Below, piece after piece: positions 1-8,302 of a stretch of DNA of 64,000 nt. The DNA lies in assembly GCA_038885755.1 (NCBI GenBank), contig JAVZZH010000001.1, positions 160,001 through 224,000 on the forward strand, given 5' to 3'. A model generated the notes under the pieces. It searched no databases. It was not told the DNA's origin and was given only the letters and a program-made list of their open reading frames with translations. The position numbers and the translations under genes were made by a program. The DNA comes from Candidatus Caldarchaeum sp. Its GTDB lineage: Archaea > Thermoproteota > Nitrososphaeria_A > Caldarchaeales > Caldarchaeaceae. Each line of letters opens with the position of its first letter. The stretch's first letter is position 1.

Positions 1-201
1 CACACCCTGTTCAACGGCATACGCCACACCTTTAGCGAATATTTCGTTTTCCGCGACACCTGGTCTAAGGTTTTTGGCATGTGTCGCAAAAACTCCGTCT
101 ATTATCGCTGCAATGGCTCTCAAACACTGTAGCTCCACCGACGTCTTAACAATCCTGGCCTCTGAAAGAGCTTTAGACCATCTGGAGTAGCGTCCAGCCC
201 T
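1..201 (-). pseudogene. M24 (Xaa-Pro peptidase/creatinase family) downstream fragment, runs off the window edge
   Basis: Manual translation of the minus strand: SKALSEARIVKTSVELQCLRAIAAIIDGVF...LRPGVAENEI matches the M24 'AR-x-x-K-T/S-x-x-E ... PG-x-x-E-x-E' linker. The upstream part is at 1888-2317 on the opposite strand. Confidence 0.7.
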
Positions 202-657
202 GCCCTCAAAAGCTATGTCTCTCTGACTAATAGGATGAAGGCTTTGAACAACAGTGTCGAAAAGAACATCCTAAAAAAGACCATAAAACTCATGGAGAAG
301 CATAATGAGGGAGTGGCAAAGACAGTAGAGGATGAGGCCGGTAGGAGAATACCGGCCTACAACAGGGTTGTTGAAGCTCTGGGTATAAACGGTCATAACT
401 ATCTGATGCGGGAGAAGCTTTAGTCGAGGTCATGACATACATAGGCCCGTGTAAAAACTTCATAAAAACAGCCAACTACTTCGGACTATTCAAAGGAAGA
501 CCGAGGATATTCAATGAGAAAAGCTAGGAAGGCTTTGGAGAGGTTGACACTAGCAACACGAATATCTGCGACAGCGATATGTCAAAAAGAACTTCTATAC
601 ATGGTATGGAGGACGATGAGAGAAATCCGTGAGAGGCTGAAGGTCATACCGGCATAG
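202..657 (+). mobile_element. C-terminal half of a degraded putative transposase (IS110-like, tentative)
   Basis: ORF 235-423 continues through frameshifts as ...LVEVMTYIGP...ANYFGLFKG...KARKALERL...LKVIPA* (TAG 655-657). It joins in frame to the minus-strand fragment at 2318-2637 if 202-2317 is inverted. The family call rests on weak resemblance only. Confidence 0.4.
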
Positions 658-794
658 ACAACAGAGAGAAACCCCCATGAGGCAGGTATGAAATATATAA
701 CAATGCGGGCGATGTCCCCGCATTTGACACGTGGTTTAACAGCAGGCCTTTCATGGGTTTCTCTGGTGTTGTTCTTGCTGGTTGGCCTCCAGCC
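635..794. repeat. Long imperfect inverted repeat (arms ~635-683 and ~746-794) enclosing an 8-bp hairpin (702-724)
   Basis: GGCTGAAGGTCATACCGGCATAGACAACAGAGAGAAACCCCCATGAGGC aligns with the reverse complement of 746-794, GGCTGGAGGCCAACCAGCAAGAACAACACCAGAGAAACCCATGAAAGGC. Internal stem AATGCGGG/CCCGCATT. Confidence 0.75.
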
Positions 795-943
795 AAGCCT
801 CGCTTATTTTTCCCTCTTCATAATATGTGTTTTAAGGAGTTCGGAAGTATATTGTTCCTATAATCCACGAGCCAAGTCGGTCAGTAATACATTTGGACCA
901 ACCTCACTGTCCCGGAAACATCCACCGCTGCACTGTATCCTGT

Positions 944-1139
944 TCCAGTTAACACGTTTTCTGCAACCTCGGGGTTTGGCAGCATGCTGAACACAACGTC
1001 TGTGTTTTCAGCTACTTCTTTAAGGGATTCGGCTATGCGTGCTCCAAGCTCAGCTCTCTAAAGCCTTCGAGCGTGTTCTGTTCCGAACGACAAGCTACAA
1101 ACCATTGTTTAGCATGTTCTTCGCGATTCGCTCGCCCAC
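944..1139 (-). pseudogene. 3-hydroxyisobutyrate / beta-hydroxyacid dehydrogenase N-terminal fragment
   Basis: Manual translation VGERIAKNMLNNGL*LVVRNRTRSKA...IAESLKEVAENTDVVFSMLPNPEVAENVL matches the NAD-binding N-terminus of this family. Contains stops and a frameshift. Confidence 0.65.
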
Positions 1140-1220
1140 TATGTTAAAAATCCTCACCCATCTCGACCTATGCTCTAACTCGAAGGTCTGGCGGGTGTTC
1201 GCTAGACCGTCTAGCTACGC

Positions 1221-1805
1221 TTAGAGTACATATCTCTCCATTTCTAGCATCCTTCTAGCTATTCTTACAGTTGCGTCATCAACCATTATTCCGTCTACTG
1301 AAATGGCTCCCACTCCTTCTTTCGAAGCCTTTTCATAAGCCTGAATAATCTTCCGAGCTTTTTCAATCTCCTCCCCTGTAGGGGTATAAATCTTATTACA
1401 TGTCTCTATCTGGCTTGGGTGTATTACCCACTTGCCGTCGAAGCCCAAGCTTCTGGAAAGCTTAGCAGACTTTATAAAGCCGTCTAAATCGGTGTAAAAT
1501 GCATACGGGCCGTCTATAGCCTGCAGGCCAGCCGCCGCTGAAGCGTTTCTTACTGTGAAAAGCGGGTAGTGCCATATGTGTCCCGGATATTCCTCTACAA
1601 GCCCGCCTATCACCAATGAAAGCATACCGATGCTGGAGGCGTGGACGTGGCACGTGGACGTGGCAGCGTCCGTGTATGAAACAGTTCTAAAGGGTGGAAC
1701 GCCATCTGACATAGGTAGCAGTCCTACGAATACGTGTAGAAAAGCCTGCTTGAAGTGCTCGATGGCGCTGTCAATCGAGTGTATTACTATGATGGTTTTT
1801 TGCAT
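1221..1805 (-). pseudogene. Chimeric ORF: C-terminal half of a CitE/malyl-CoA lyase (HpcH/HpaI family) fused to an unrelated N-terminal fragment
   Basis: AAAGLQAIDGPY...GFDGKWVIHPSQI...GAISVDGIMVD is the typical CitE C-terminus; the N-terminal half of the barrel is missing. The first ~63 aa resemble an Asp/Glu racemase-like start (…TC[HVHA]SSIG). Confidence 0.7.
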
Positions 1806-1887
1806 ATGCCGTTAGCCGTTAAAAACTTATATCTAGAAAAGCTCAAACGACAATCCCGTTCATGGTTTTCAAAAGTCTCCGTAGATT

Positions 1888-2317
1888 ATGGTCAACTATA
1901 ACGTTGGCGATATGGGTTTTCCGGAAAACACTCCATTAGTAGGGCTTGATTTCGACAGCATGCTCCGTGAGAAAATCGCTAGGACTAGGGAGAAGATGAA
2001 ACACTACGGCCTCAGCGCGATTATTTGTATGACCGATACAAATGTTGGATACTGCACAAACGTTCCACCCGTTTTTCCTGCGGGGATAGCCTTAGGTGGG
2101 ATCAGATACTCCATTCCTTCCCATAGAAGGCGAGCCTGTGAAGAATGCAACACTGCTTAGGGTTGAATACTCGATACTGGGCTCAGCCGGCCCACATCTA
2201 GCCAGCGCCGCCGAAGCACACTAAACGAGAGAATGGGCTGAACAGTCAGCGTCTGTGCTGAGAGGTTATAAGCTAGACAGAGAGATTCGCCCCCCTGTTT
2301 GAGGCGCTGAGGAAAGC
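1888..2317 (+). pseudogene. M24 peptidase N-terminal (creatinase/prolidase N-domain) fragment
   Basis: DFDSMLREKIARTREKMKHYGLSAIICMTDTNVGYCT fits the creatinase-N pattern (R..R....M...GL.A.......N..Y.T). A degenerate continuation ends at FEALRKA (2317). Confidence 0.7.
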
Positions 2318-2637
2318 GCTTCTGTAGGCGGAGATAGGCCGACGCATAACCAAGAAGTCTTGTTTAAACCACTTAGTCTCCAAAGACATCATTACTCTAA
2401 CATCGTTTTTTGCATTCTTCGCCTTAAACCAAACATCATCTTAAACGGTATAAGACTCCGATACCACGTCTAAGAAGCTCAATGAACTCGTCTGTAAGCT
2501 CTATGGGGACGGTGTCCGCGTGGAGCTCATCTCCCTCCTCCGCAGGAATATCAATTATTTTGCCGACTTTTTTCGCCATCAAGAGTATACATGTGATGGC
2601 TCTCGTCGCCCTTCTATGGACTTCAACGTCCTTAATT
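2318..2637 (-). mobile_element. N-terminal half of the degraded putative transposase (IS110-like, tentative)
   Basis: Manual translation with frameshifts: IKDVEVHRR...GDELHADTVPIELTDEFIELLRRGIGV...AKNAKNDVRVMM...DFLVMRRPISAYRS, loosely like the IS110 'K-T-D-x-x-D-A' region. Confidence 0.4.
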
Positions 2638-3076
2638 TAACGAATCTCGTGATTTCAGCGACCGCTTCTTCAATGGGTTGTTTCAACCTGTTTGTGGCGG
2701 CGTTCTTGACGACGACAACACATATACTCCATCGTCTAAGCATGGTGTAGGCCGACGAGATTAGCTGGACGAGAAAGTTTCTTTAGTTGTTTGGGGCATT
2801 AAGCCCACTTTGAACCCCTCAGCCCCTGCAACCTACTATCCTGTAGGTTGCAGTAAGAGGAGTGATAAGACGACGGCGTTGGTTACACCGCCTCTTGTGG
2901 ATAGTGCCAAATCCTTAGCCCTTTCTTTTAGTGGAGGGTCTCCGCCTTCTCCGCAAACGCATAGACGTGCGAAGAATGGTTTGTAAACCATAGAAGCTCG
3001 GCGATAATTCCGTAGGCAACACTAACATACTCTTCGTCTATGTCGTTTACAATAAATATTCGGCCCCATACCAACC

Positions 3077-3379
3077 ATGACGGAGTTTGAGGCAATCAGC
3101 CACGCTAACTCATCCATCTACCGTCTAGCAGTAGATGCATGGAGCAGCGACACAAGCAGAGCTCTACGGTTAGCTGAGAAGGTGAAGGCTGGAGCAGTGT
3201 GGGTGAACACCTACTACACATTCCCCGTAGAGCTGCCGTTGGGAGGGCTCAAGCAATCGGGCATAGGCAGGAGCAACACAGTCCTAGCATTAAAACACTA
3301 TCTGGAGGTTAAGGGAATATATGTTGAAGCACAATCTGAACCAATGAGGCCCTATTACAGGCTCGTGCCAAGTGAATGA
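3077..3379 (+). pseudogene. Aldehyde dehydrogenase C-terminal fragment
   Basis: EAISHANSSIYRL...AGAVWVNTY...PLGGLKQSGIGR is the ALDH C-terminus; only ~100 aa remain. Confidence 0.85.
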
Positions 3380-3430
3380 TGATAGTAAAAAATAAGAACC
3401 ATCAGTAGTTTCTAAAGCGCTCGGCAGTAA

Positions 3431-3790
3431 GATAGTGTCCTGATAAGAGGTGTGTTTAGAGGCGGGATGTTATCTGTGTGGATGTTGCTTCGGGTTGTTT
3501 TAAGCCTAGCGAAAAAGCCGTTGGGTTGAGGTTTCAGCGGTTCTTGGGTATATGTTTCATGGTGGCTGTAGGAGGGGTGCATGGTATCCATGGGCTCTGC
3601 AGAGGCTTGGGATAGAGTATGAACACCAGAGGCCCGGTATTAGGAACAGGGTTGAGAGGCTCTTCAGATACCTGGAGGAGAGGAAGGCTGTATTCCACGG
3701 CAAGCCCAGCGCCACAAGCCACGCACAGGGGATGAGAAAACTATACACCACCAAACACTAAGAACAGGAAACGCTTATCCGGACACAACC
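3431..3790 (+). mobile_element. Internally deleted IS6-family element (~360 bp) with terminal inverted repeats
   Basis: Transposase remnant GAWYPWALQRLGIEYEHQRPGIRNRVERLFRYL (archaeal IS6 DDE C-terminus). TIRs GATAGTGTCCTGATAAG (3431-3447) and CTTATCCGGACACAACC (3774-3790). Flanks CGGCAGTAA / CGTCAGTAA look like a target duplication. Confidence 0.8.
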
Positions 3791-3828
3791 CGTCAGTAAA
3801 ATGCAAAAGTTTTTATGGGGGGTAGGAT

Positions 3829-5154
3829 GTGGAACTGAGTGTGTTCAGTCTTATGACTAGGTCGTCAATATTCATGGAGAAGGCTCAGAAGTTTTTGATT
3901 ACGAGTATGGTTCGTAGAATTGAGCCGGTTGTTATCGAGCGTGCCAGTGGTGCATCGGTCTGGGATGTTGATGGCAGGGAGTATATTGACTGTTTTGCCG
4001 GGATTTCTGTAGTGAATCTGGGCCACTGTCATCCCGAAGTCGTAGACGCAGTTGTCGCCCAAGCAAAGAGGTTAGTCCATGCATGCGCCTACGTCTACTA
4101 TATTCCGGTAGTTGCTGAGCTGGCTGAGAAGCTGGCCGAGGTCGCTCCCAAGCCTTTAAGGAAGATGTTCTTCGGTAATAGCGGCGCAGAGGCCGTCGAG
4201 TGCGCGATCAAGCTTGCGCGGAAGTTCACCAAGCGATATGAGCTTATAGCGCTCATGTGCTCTTTCCACGGACGCACCATTGGAGCCCTCAGCGTCACTG
4301 GACAGTCTGGGAGGAGGAGGTATGATATGGGGCCGTATCTGCCTGGAGTATCCTTCGCGCTACCGCCATACTGCTATAGGTGCCCGTTCGGTAAGACATA
4401 TCCTGAATGCGACCTCCAGTGCGCAAGGTCCATACGCGACGTCATAGAATACTCTACTGGTAGGGGTGTTGCGGCCTTCATAGCCGAGCCGGTGCTCGGT
4501 GAGGGCGGCATCATCCCGCCTCCCCCAGAATACTTCAGGGTGGTCAAGGAGATCCTAGATGATTATGGGATACTCTTCATCTGCGACGAGGTTCAGACAG
4601 GCTTCGGGAGGACTGGCAAGCTCTTCGCGATAGAGCATTATGGAGTTGAGCCAGATATCCTGACCCTTGCCAAGGGAATAGCCAACGGGTTCCCGCTGGG
4701 CGCTTGCATGGCTAGAGACGATATTGGCAATGCCTTCGAGCCCGGCGACCATCTGTCAACCTTTGGAGGAAACCCTGTCTCAGCCGCGGCGGCGCTAGCG
4801 AACATAAACGTGATGCTGAGGGATAAGATTCCGGAGAAGACGGCAGAGAAGGGTGAACGTGTAATGAAGCGGCTTAACGAGATGAAGGAAGAGTATCCGA
4901 TCATAGGTGATGTCAGGGGGAAGGGATTGATGATAGGGATAGAGCTCGTCAGGGATAGGGAGAAGAAGACACCCGCGGTTGAAGAGACTAGGAGGATAAG
5001 AGACATGTGCAGGGAGAGAGGCCTGTTGCTGGGGTCGGGAGGCGTTAAGGAATCCGTCCTCAGAATCCAGCCACCACTAGTCATAACGGATGAACAAATA
5101 GAGAAAGCACTCGATATACTGGAATCCTCCGTGAAGGATGCGACCCGAGGGTGA
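3829..5154 (+). CDS. Class-III PLP aminotransferase (4-aminobutyrate/beta-alanine/acetylornithine-like)
   Basis: DVDGREYIDC, NSGAEAVECAIK, SFHGRT, FICDEVQTGFGRTG, LAKG (PLP Lys), STFGGNP. The true start may be ATG 3853. Confidence 0.93.
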   Translation: MELSVFSLMTRSSIFMEKAQKFLITSMVRRIEPVVIERASGASVWDVDGREYIDCFAGISVVNLGHCHPEVVDAVVAQAKRLVHACAYVYYIPVVAELAEKLAEVAPKPLRKMFFGNSGAEAVECAIKLARKFTKRYELIALMCSFHGRTIGALSVTGQSGRRRYDMGPYLPGVSFALPPYCYRCPFGKTYPECDLQCARSIRDVIEYSTGRGVAAFIAEPVLGEGGIIPPPPEYFRVVKEILDDYGILFICDEVQTGFGRTGKLFAIEHYGVEPDILTLAKGIANGFPLGACMARDDIGNAFEPGDHLSTFGGNPVSAAAALANINVMLRDKIPEKTAEKGERVMKRLNEMKEEYPIIGDVRGKGLMIGIELVRDREKKTPAVEETRRIRDMCRERGLLLGSGGVKESVLRIQPPLVITDEQIEKALDILESSVKDATRG

Positions 5155-5163
5155 GCAGCCCTA

Positions 5164-6660
5164 TTGAAAGAGGGCCAGCGTATAATATTCTCTGAATACT
5201 ATGGCCGTGTGAAACACTTCATCAACAACGAGTACGTAGAGCCAGAGTCTGACCATTATCACCCATCGTTCGACCCAGGACTGGGCAGTGTTATAGCCGA
5301 AGTCCCAACACTATCGTCTAAAGATGTTGACAGGGCTGTAAGCGCTGCGGCCAGCGCCTTCGGCCGGTGGTCAAACATACCCGTCTTCGACCGCCTACAA
5401 CACCTCATACGGCTCAAAACGCTTATTGAAGAGAGGATTGAAGATTTTGCCAGACTCCTTTCGCAGAACGTTGGCAAGACGATAAACGAGGCGCGGGCTG
5501 AGATGAGGAGGGTCCTTGAAGCCGTGGACTCCGCGCTAGGCCTACCACACCTAATGATGATGAATAGGAAGATAGTGAATCTGGCTAGGGCTGAGCCTGA
5601 GATAGACATGGAGTCTGTAAGGGAGCCTGTGGGCGTCTTCGCTATCATAACCCCCTTCAACTTCCCCATAATGATACCAATGTGGTTTGTCCCGATCGCA
5701 GTAACTCTCGGAAACACGGCGGTGGTGAAGCCAAGCCCTATAGACCCTGTCCCAATCACATTTTTCGCCGATCTGTTTAGACAGGCTGGCTATCCTCCGG
5801 GCGTAGTGAACGTCATCAACGGGGGTGGGCCCGGTGTAGAGGAGCTGGTGAAAAATCCGGAGGTTTCGGGCGTGTGCTTCGTAGGAACCACCTCGGTTGG
5901 CGAGAGAGTCTACTCCTCGGCGTGCTCCCATGGAAAGAGAGTTATTTGCCAGACCAGCGCCAAGAATCCTGTCGTCCTGATGCCCGACGCCACACCCCAG
6001 CCGACAATCGAGAACATCATAGGCGGTTTCTTCAACATGGCGGGGCAGCGCTGCCTAGCTCCCGGACTTCTCATCACCGTCGGCGACGCATACGACAAGT
6101 TTGTCGGCAAGATAGTGGAAAGAGCCTCAAAGATAAACGTGAACTACCCCCTCCTCGAAACCACGGATATGGGCCCCATGTCCTCGGGGAGCAATAAAGA
6201 GAGAGTGGTTAAAATGGTTGAGAGAGCGGTAGACGATGGGGCCAGACTTTTAATGGATGGGAGGGAGCCTTGCGTCGACGACAGATATTCCAGCGGATTC
6301 TACTTGGGGCCCATGATATTGGATGACTTGACACCGGGTATGGAGGTTGAGAAGGAGGAGGTCTTCGGCCCAGTCATCCCTATCGTTAGGGCATCCAGCT
6401 TCGAGGAAGCCGTTGAGATAGCCAACAACCGTCAATACGGCAACACAGGCACAATCTACACGTCTAGCGGGAAGTGGGCGAGGGAGTTTTCAAGGCGAAT
6501 ACAGGCAGGAAACATTGCAGTAAACATGGCGGTGGCACAGCCACACCAGTTCTTCCCATTCCCAGCCCGTAAGAAGAGCCACTTTGGACCACTGGCGGGA
6601 CAGACAGGTACGATAGACTTCTTCACCGACATGAAGGTAATAATGTATCGCTGGTGGTAG
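5164..6660 (+). CDS. mmsA: CoA-acylating (methyl)malonate-semialdehyde dehydrogenase-like ALDH
   Basis: ITPFNFPIMIPMW, KPS, AGQRCLA (catalytic Cys), EEVFGPV, FFPF...KKSHFG. The 'ELGG' glutamate is absent (CQTSAKN), as in MMSDH. Confidence 0.8.
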   Translation: MKEGQRIIFSEYYGRVKHFINNEYVEPESDHYHPSFDPGLGSVIAEVPTLSSKDVDRAVSAAASAFGRWSNIPVFDRLQHLIRLKTLIEERIEDFARLLSQNVGKTINEARAEMRRVLEAVDSALGLPHLMMMNRKIVNLARAEPEIDMESVREPVGVFAIITPFNFPIMIPMWFVPIAVTLGNTAVVKPSPIDPVPITFFADLFRQAGYPPGVVNVINGGGPGVEELVKNPEVSGVCFVGTTSVGERVYSSACSHGKRVICQTSAKNPVVLMPDATPQPTIENIIGGFFNMAGQRCLAPGLLITVGDAYDKFVGKIVERASKINVNYPLLETTDMGPMSSGSNKERVVKMVERAVDDGARLLMDGREPCVDDRYSSGFYLGPMILDDLTPGMEVEKEEVFGPVIPIVRASSFEEAVEIANNRQYGNTGTIYTSSGKWAREFSRRIQAGNIAVNMAVAQPHQFFPFPARKKSHFGPLAGQTGTIDFFTDMKVIMYRWW

Positions 6661-6689
6661 CCTGAATGCTTATCTCCACTGGGTGATGC

Positions 6690-7049
6690 GGCGGTCTCCG
6701 CCTCCCAGCCGGCTCGGAGACCGACAAAGCTCTGTCCACACCCGGCAGCGACTGATCCACATGCTCGTATGTCCGAGGGCTCTTGACTACAGCATCTACG
6801 TGAACCCCGCCTTTGTGGGGAGGCGTTGACGCCAAAGAAAGGATATCCCACGCTTAAAGGCATGCCAGCAACCTCCGCGACGTAGTAAGCAACGTCTTTG
6901 AGCTTCTTGATGCCGTCTTGTGTTTTCAAAACTCTGTAGCCCATTTTGAGAACAAGGCTGGGGATTATCTGCGTTAAGTCAGCTTTTCCACAACGCTCGC
7001 CCATAGTCCCCTGAACATGTCTAACACATTCAACCACGGCGACCATCAA
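6690..7049 (-). pseudogene. cimA: Citramalate synthase (CimA/LeuA family) internal fragment
   Basis: HVQGT-GERCGKADL..IIP.L.LKMGY in one frame and HKGGVHVDAVVKSPRTYEHVD...VSEPAGR in another; frameshifted and truncated. Confidence 0.8.
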
Positions 7050-7089
7050 GTAGGAAAGGGAACTAGGTTCTTGAAGCTGGAGGGAGGCC

Positions 7090-7330
7090 TTGGGGAGAAG
7101 ACTGGGAAAATGCTGCGAAGTCTTTTTCAGGCTTTTCGTGGAGATGGACTGTGAGCTGGCGGAGATAAACCCGCTAACGCCAACGTCCGACGGAAAGCTT
7201 CGGGCGATAGACTCTAAGGTGATACTGGATGAAAACGCTCTTTACAGACATCGAGAGTTCGCCGGACCGTCGGCGGGCTCAGGGCTTGAGGAGGAGACGC
7301 GTAAGCTTGGTTTGACCGCCGTCAGCATAC
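7090..7330 (+). pseudogene. sucC: Succinyl-CoA synthetase beta subunit (ATP-grasp) fragment
   Basis: LFVEMDCELAEINPL...DGKLRAIDSKVILDENALYRH is the hallmark SucC segment; both ends are missing. Confidence 0.8.
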
Positions 7331-7471
7331 GTCCATTTTCAGGCTCTATGACATGCACTACAAGCTTTCTCTCTTATCTTATTTGGGGCGGGGAACCGCG
7401 ATGATCCATGCCTGCGTAGTTTAAACCCTAGCACTGTTTTTGACAGCATGGCGACGAGGCTGTAGCTTGTT

Positions 7472-8302
7472 TTACAGTATTCCCATGTTGTAGGCAAACA
7501 GCAGGTAGACGAGCACGGATAGAATGACGATAAACATTGTTGTCAGAATGATATCGAATTTCTTAACTATTAATGTGCTATGATATCGTGCTGTTTTTGC
7601 ACCGCCGCCTCTTATTTGGCTGCTGATGTTCAGCACGTCAACATAGTAAACGATTTGCCGTGTAAGTGGTAGGATTACTGGCAATGCTTCCCGCGCTGCT
7701 TTTATTGGGTTGCGGGTTTTTGACCCCCATCCTCTCAGCCGCTGTGCTTTGGCAATGATGGATATGGTTCTGAAAAGGTCAGGCACGAATTTGAGAGCGA
7801 CGGTGACCACGTATATGACTTGGTATGGAAAGCGTAGGTATCTGAGAAGGAGGACGTAGTCGGTCATCGACGTTGTGTAGATGAGTGTTAGTGTTACCAT
7901 GGCTCCGAGGATAATGTGGCTGACATGCCCGAAAACCCAAAGGGCCGCGCCTGCTATGAGTTTAACATTGCCGATGAATGGAAAGGGGATTTCGAATAGA
8001 ACCTGTGAGACAAATTCTTTCGGCCATACTTTGAAGAGCGCTGGGTTGGCCTGCGCCACACCTAGGATGAAATATTCGATGGACCTGTAGGCGGCGGCTG
8101 GAACGGCTATGACAAGCCATTTGGGCGGTGTTTTGGCTATTATAAACAACGCTGTGATAACAGCCGCAAGAACCGCGAGATAGTATGGGTCATAGTAGAA
8201 GCTTACGAGCATTAAAAGCGAGATATACAAGGTGACACGGGGCAACGGGTTTAAACGGTGGAGGATTGTTCCCTTAGGTTCGTATTCAAACCACTGCGGC
8301 AA
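7472..8302 (-). CDS. ecfT: ECF transporter transmembrane T component
   Basis: LHRLNPLPR N-terminus; ALKFVP...AQRLRG and SQIRG (the two X-R-X coupling motifs); hydrophobic. Confidence 0.9.
   Translation of the reverse strand: MPQWFEYEPKGTILHRLNPLPRVTLYISLLMLVSFYYDPYYLAVLAAVITALFIIAKTPPKWLVIAVPAAAYRSIEYFILGVAQANPALFKVWPKEFVSQVLFEIPFPFIGNVKLIAGAALWVFGHVSHIILGAMVTLTLIYTTSMTDYVLLLRYLRFPYQVIYVVTVALKFVPDLFRTISIIAKAQRLRGWGSKTRNPIKAAREALPVILPLTRQIVYYVDVLNISSQIRGGGAKTARYHSTLIVKKFDIILTTMFIVILSVLVYLLFAYNMGIL

Noticed and set aside
688-990. 100-aa plus-strand ORF
   Set aside because: It overlaps the inverted repeat and the minus-strand dehydrogenase remnant and has no recognisable motif.
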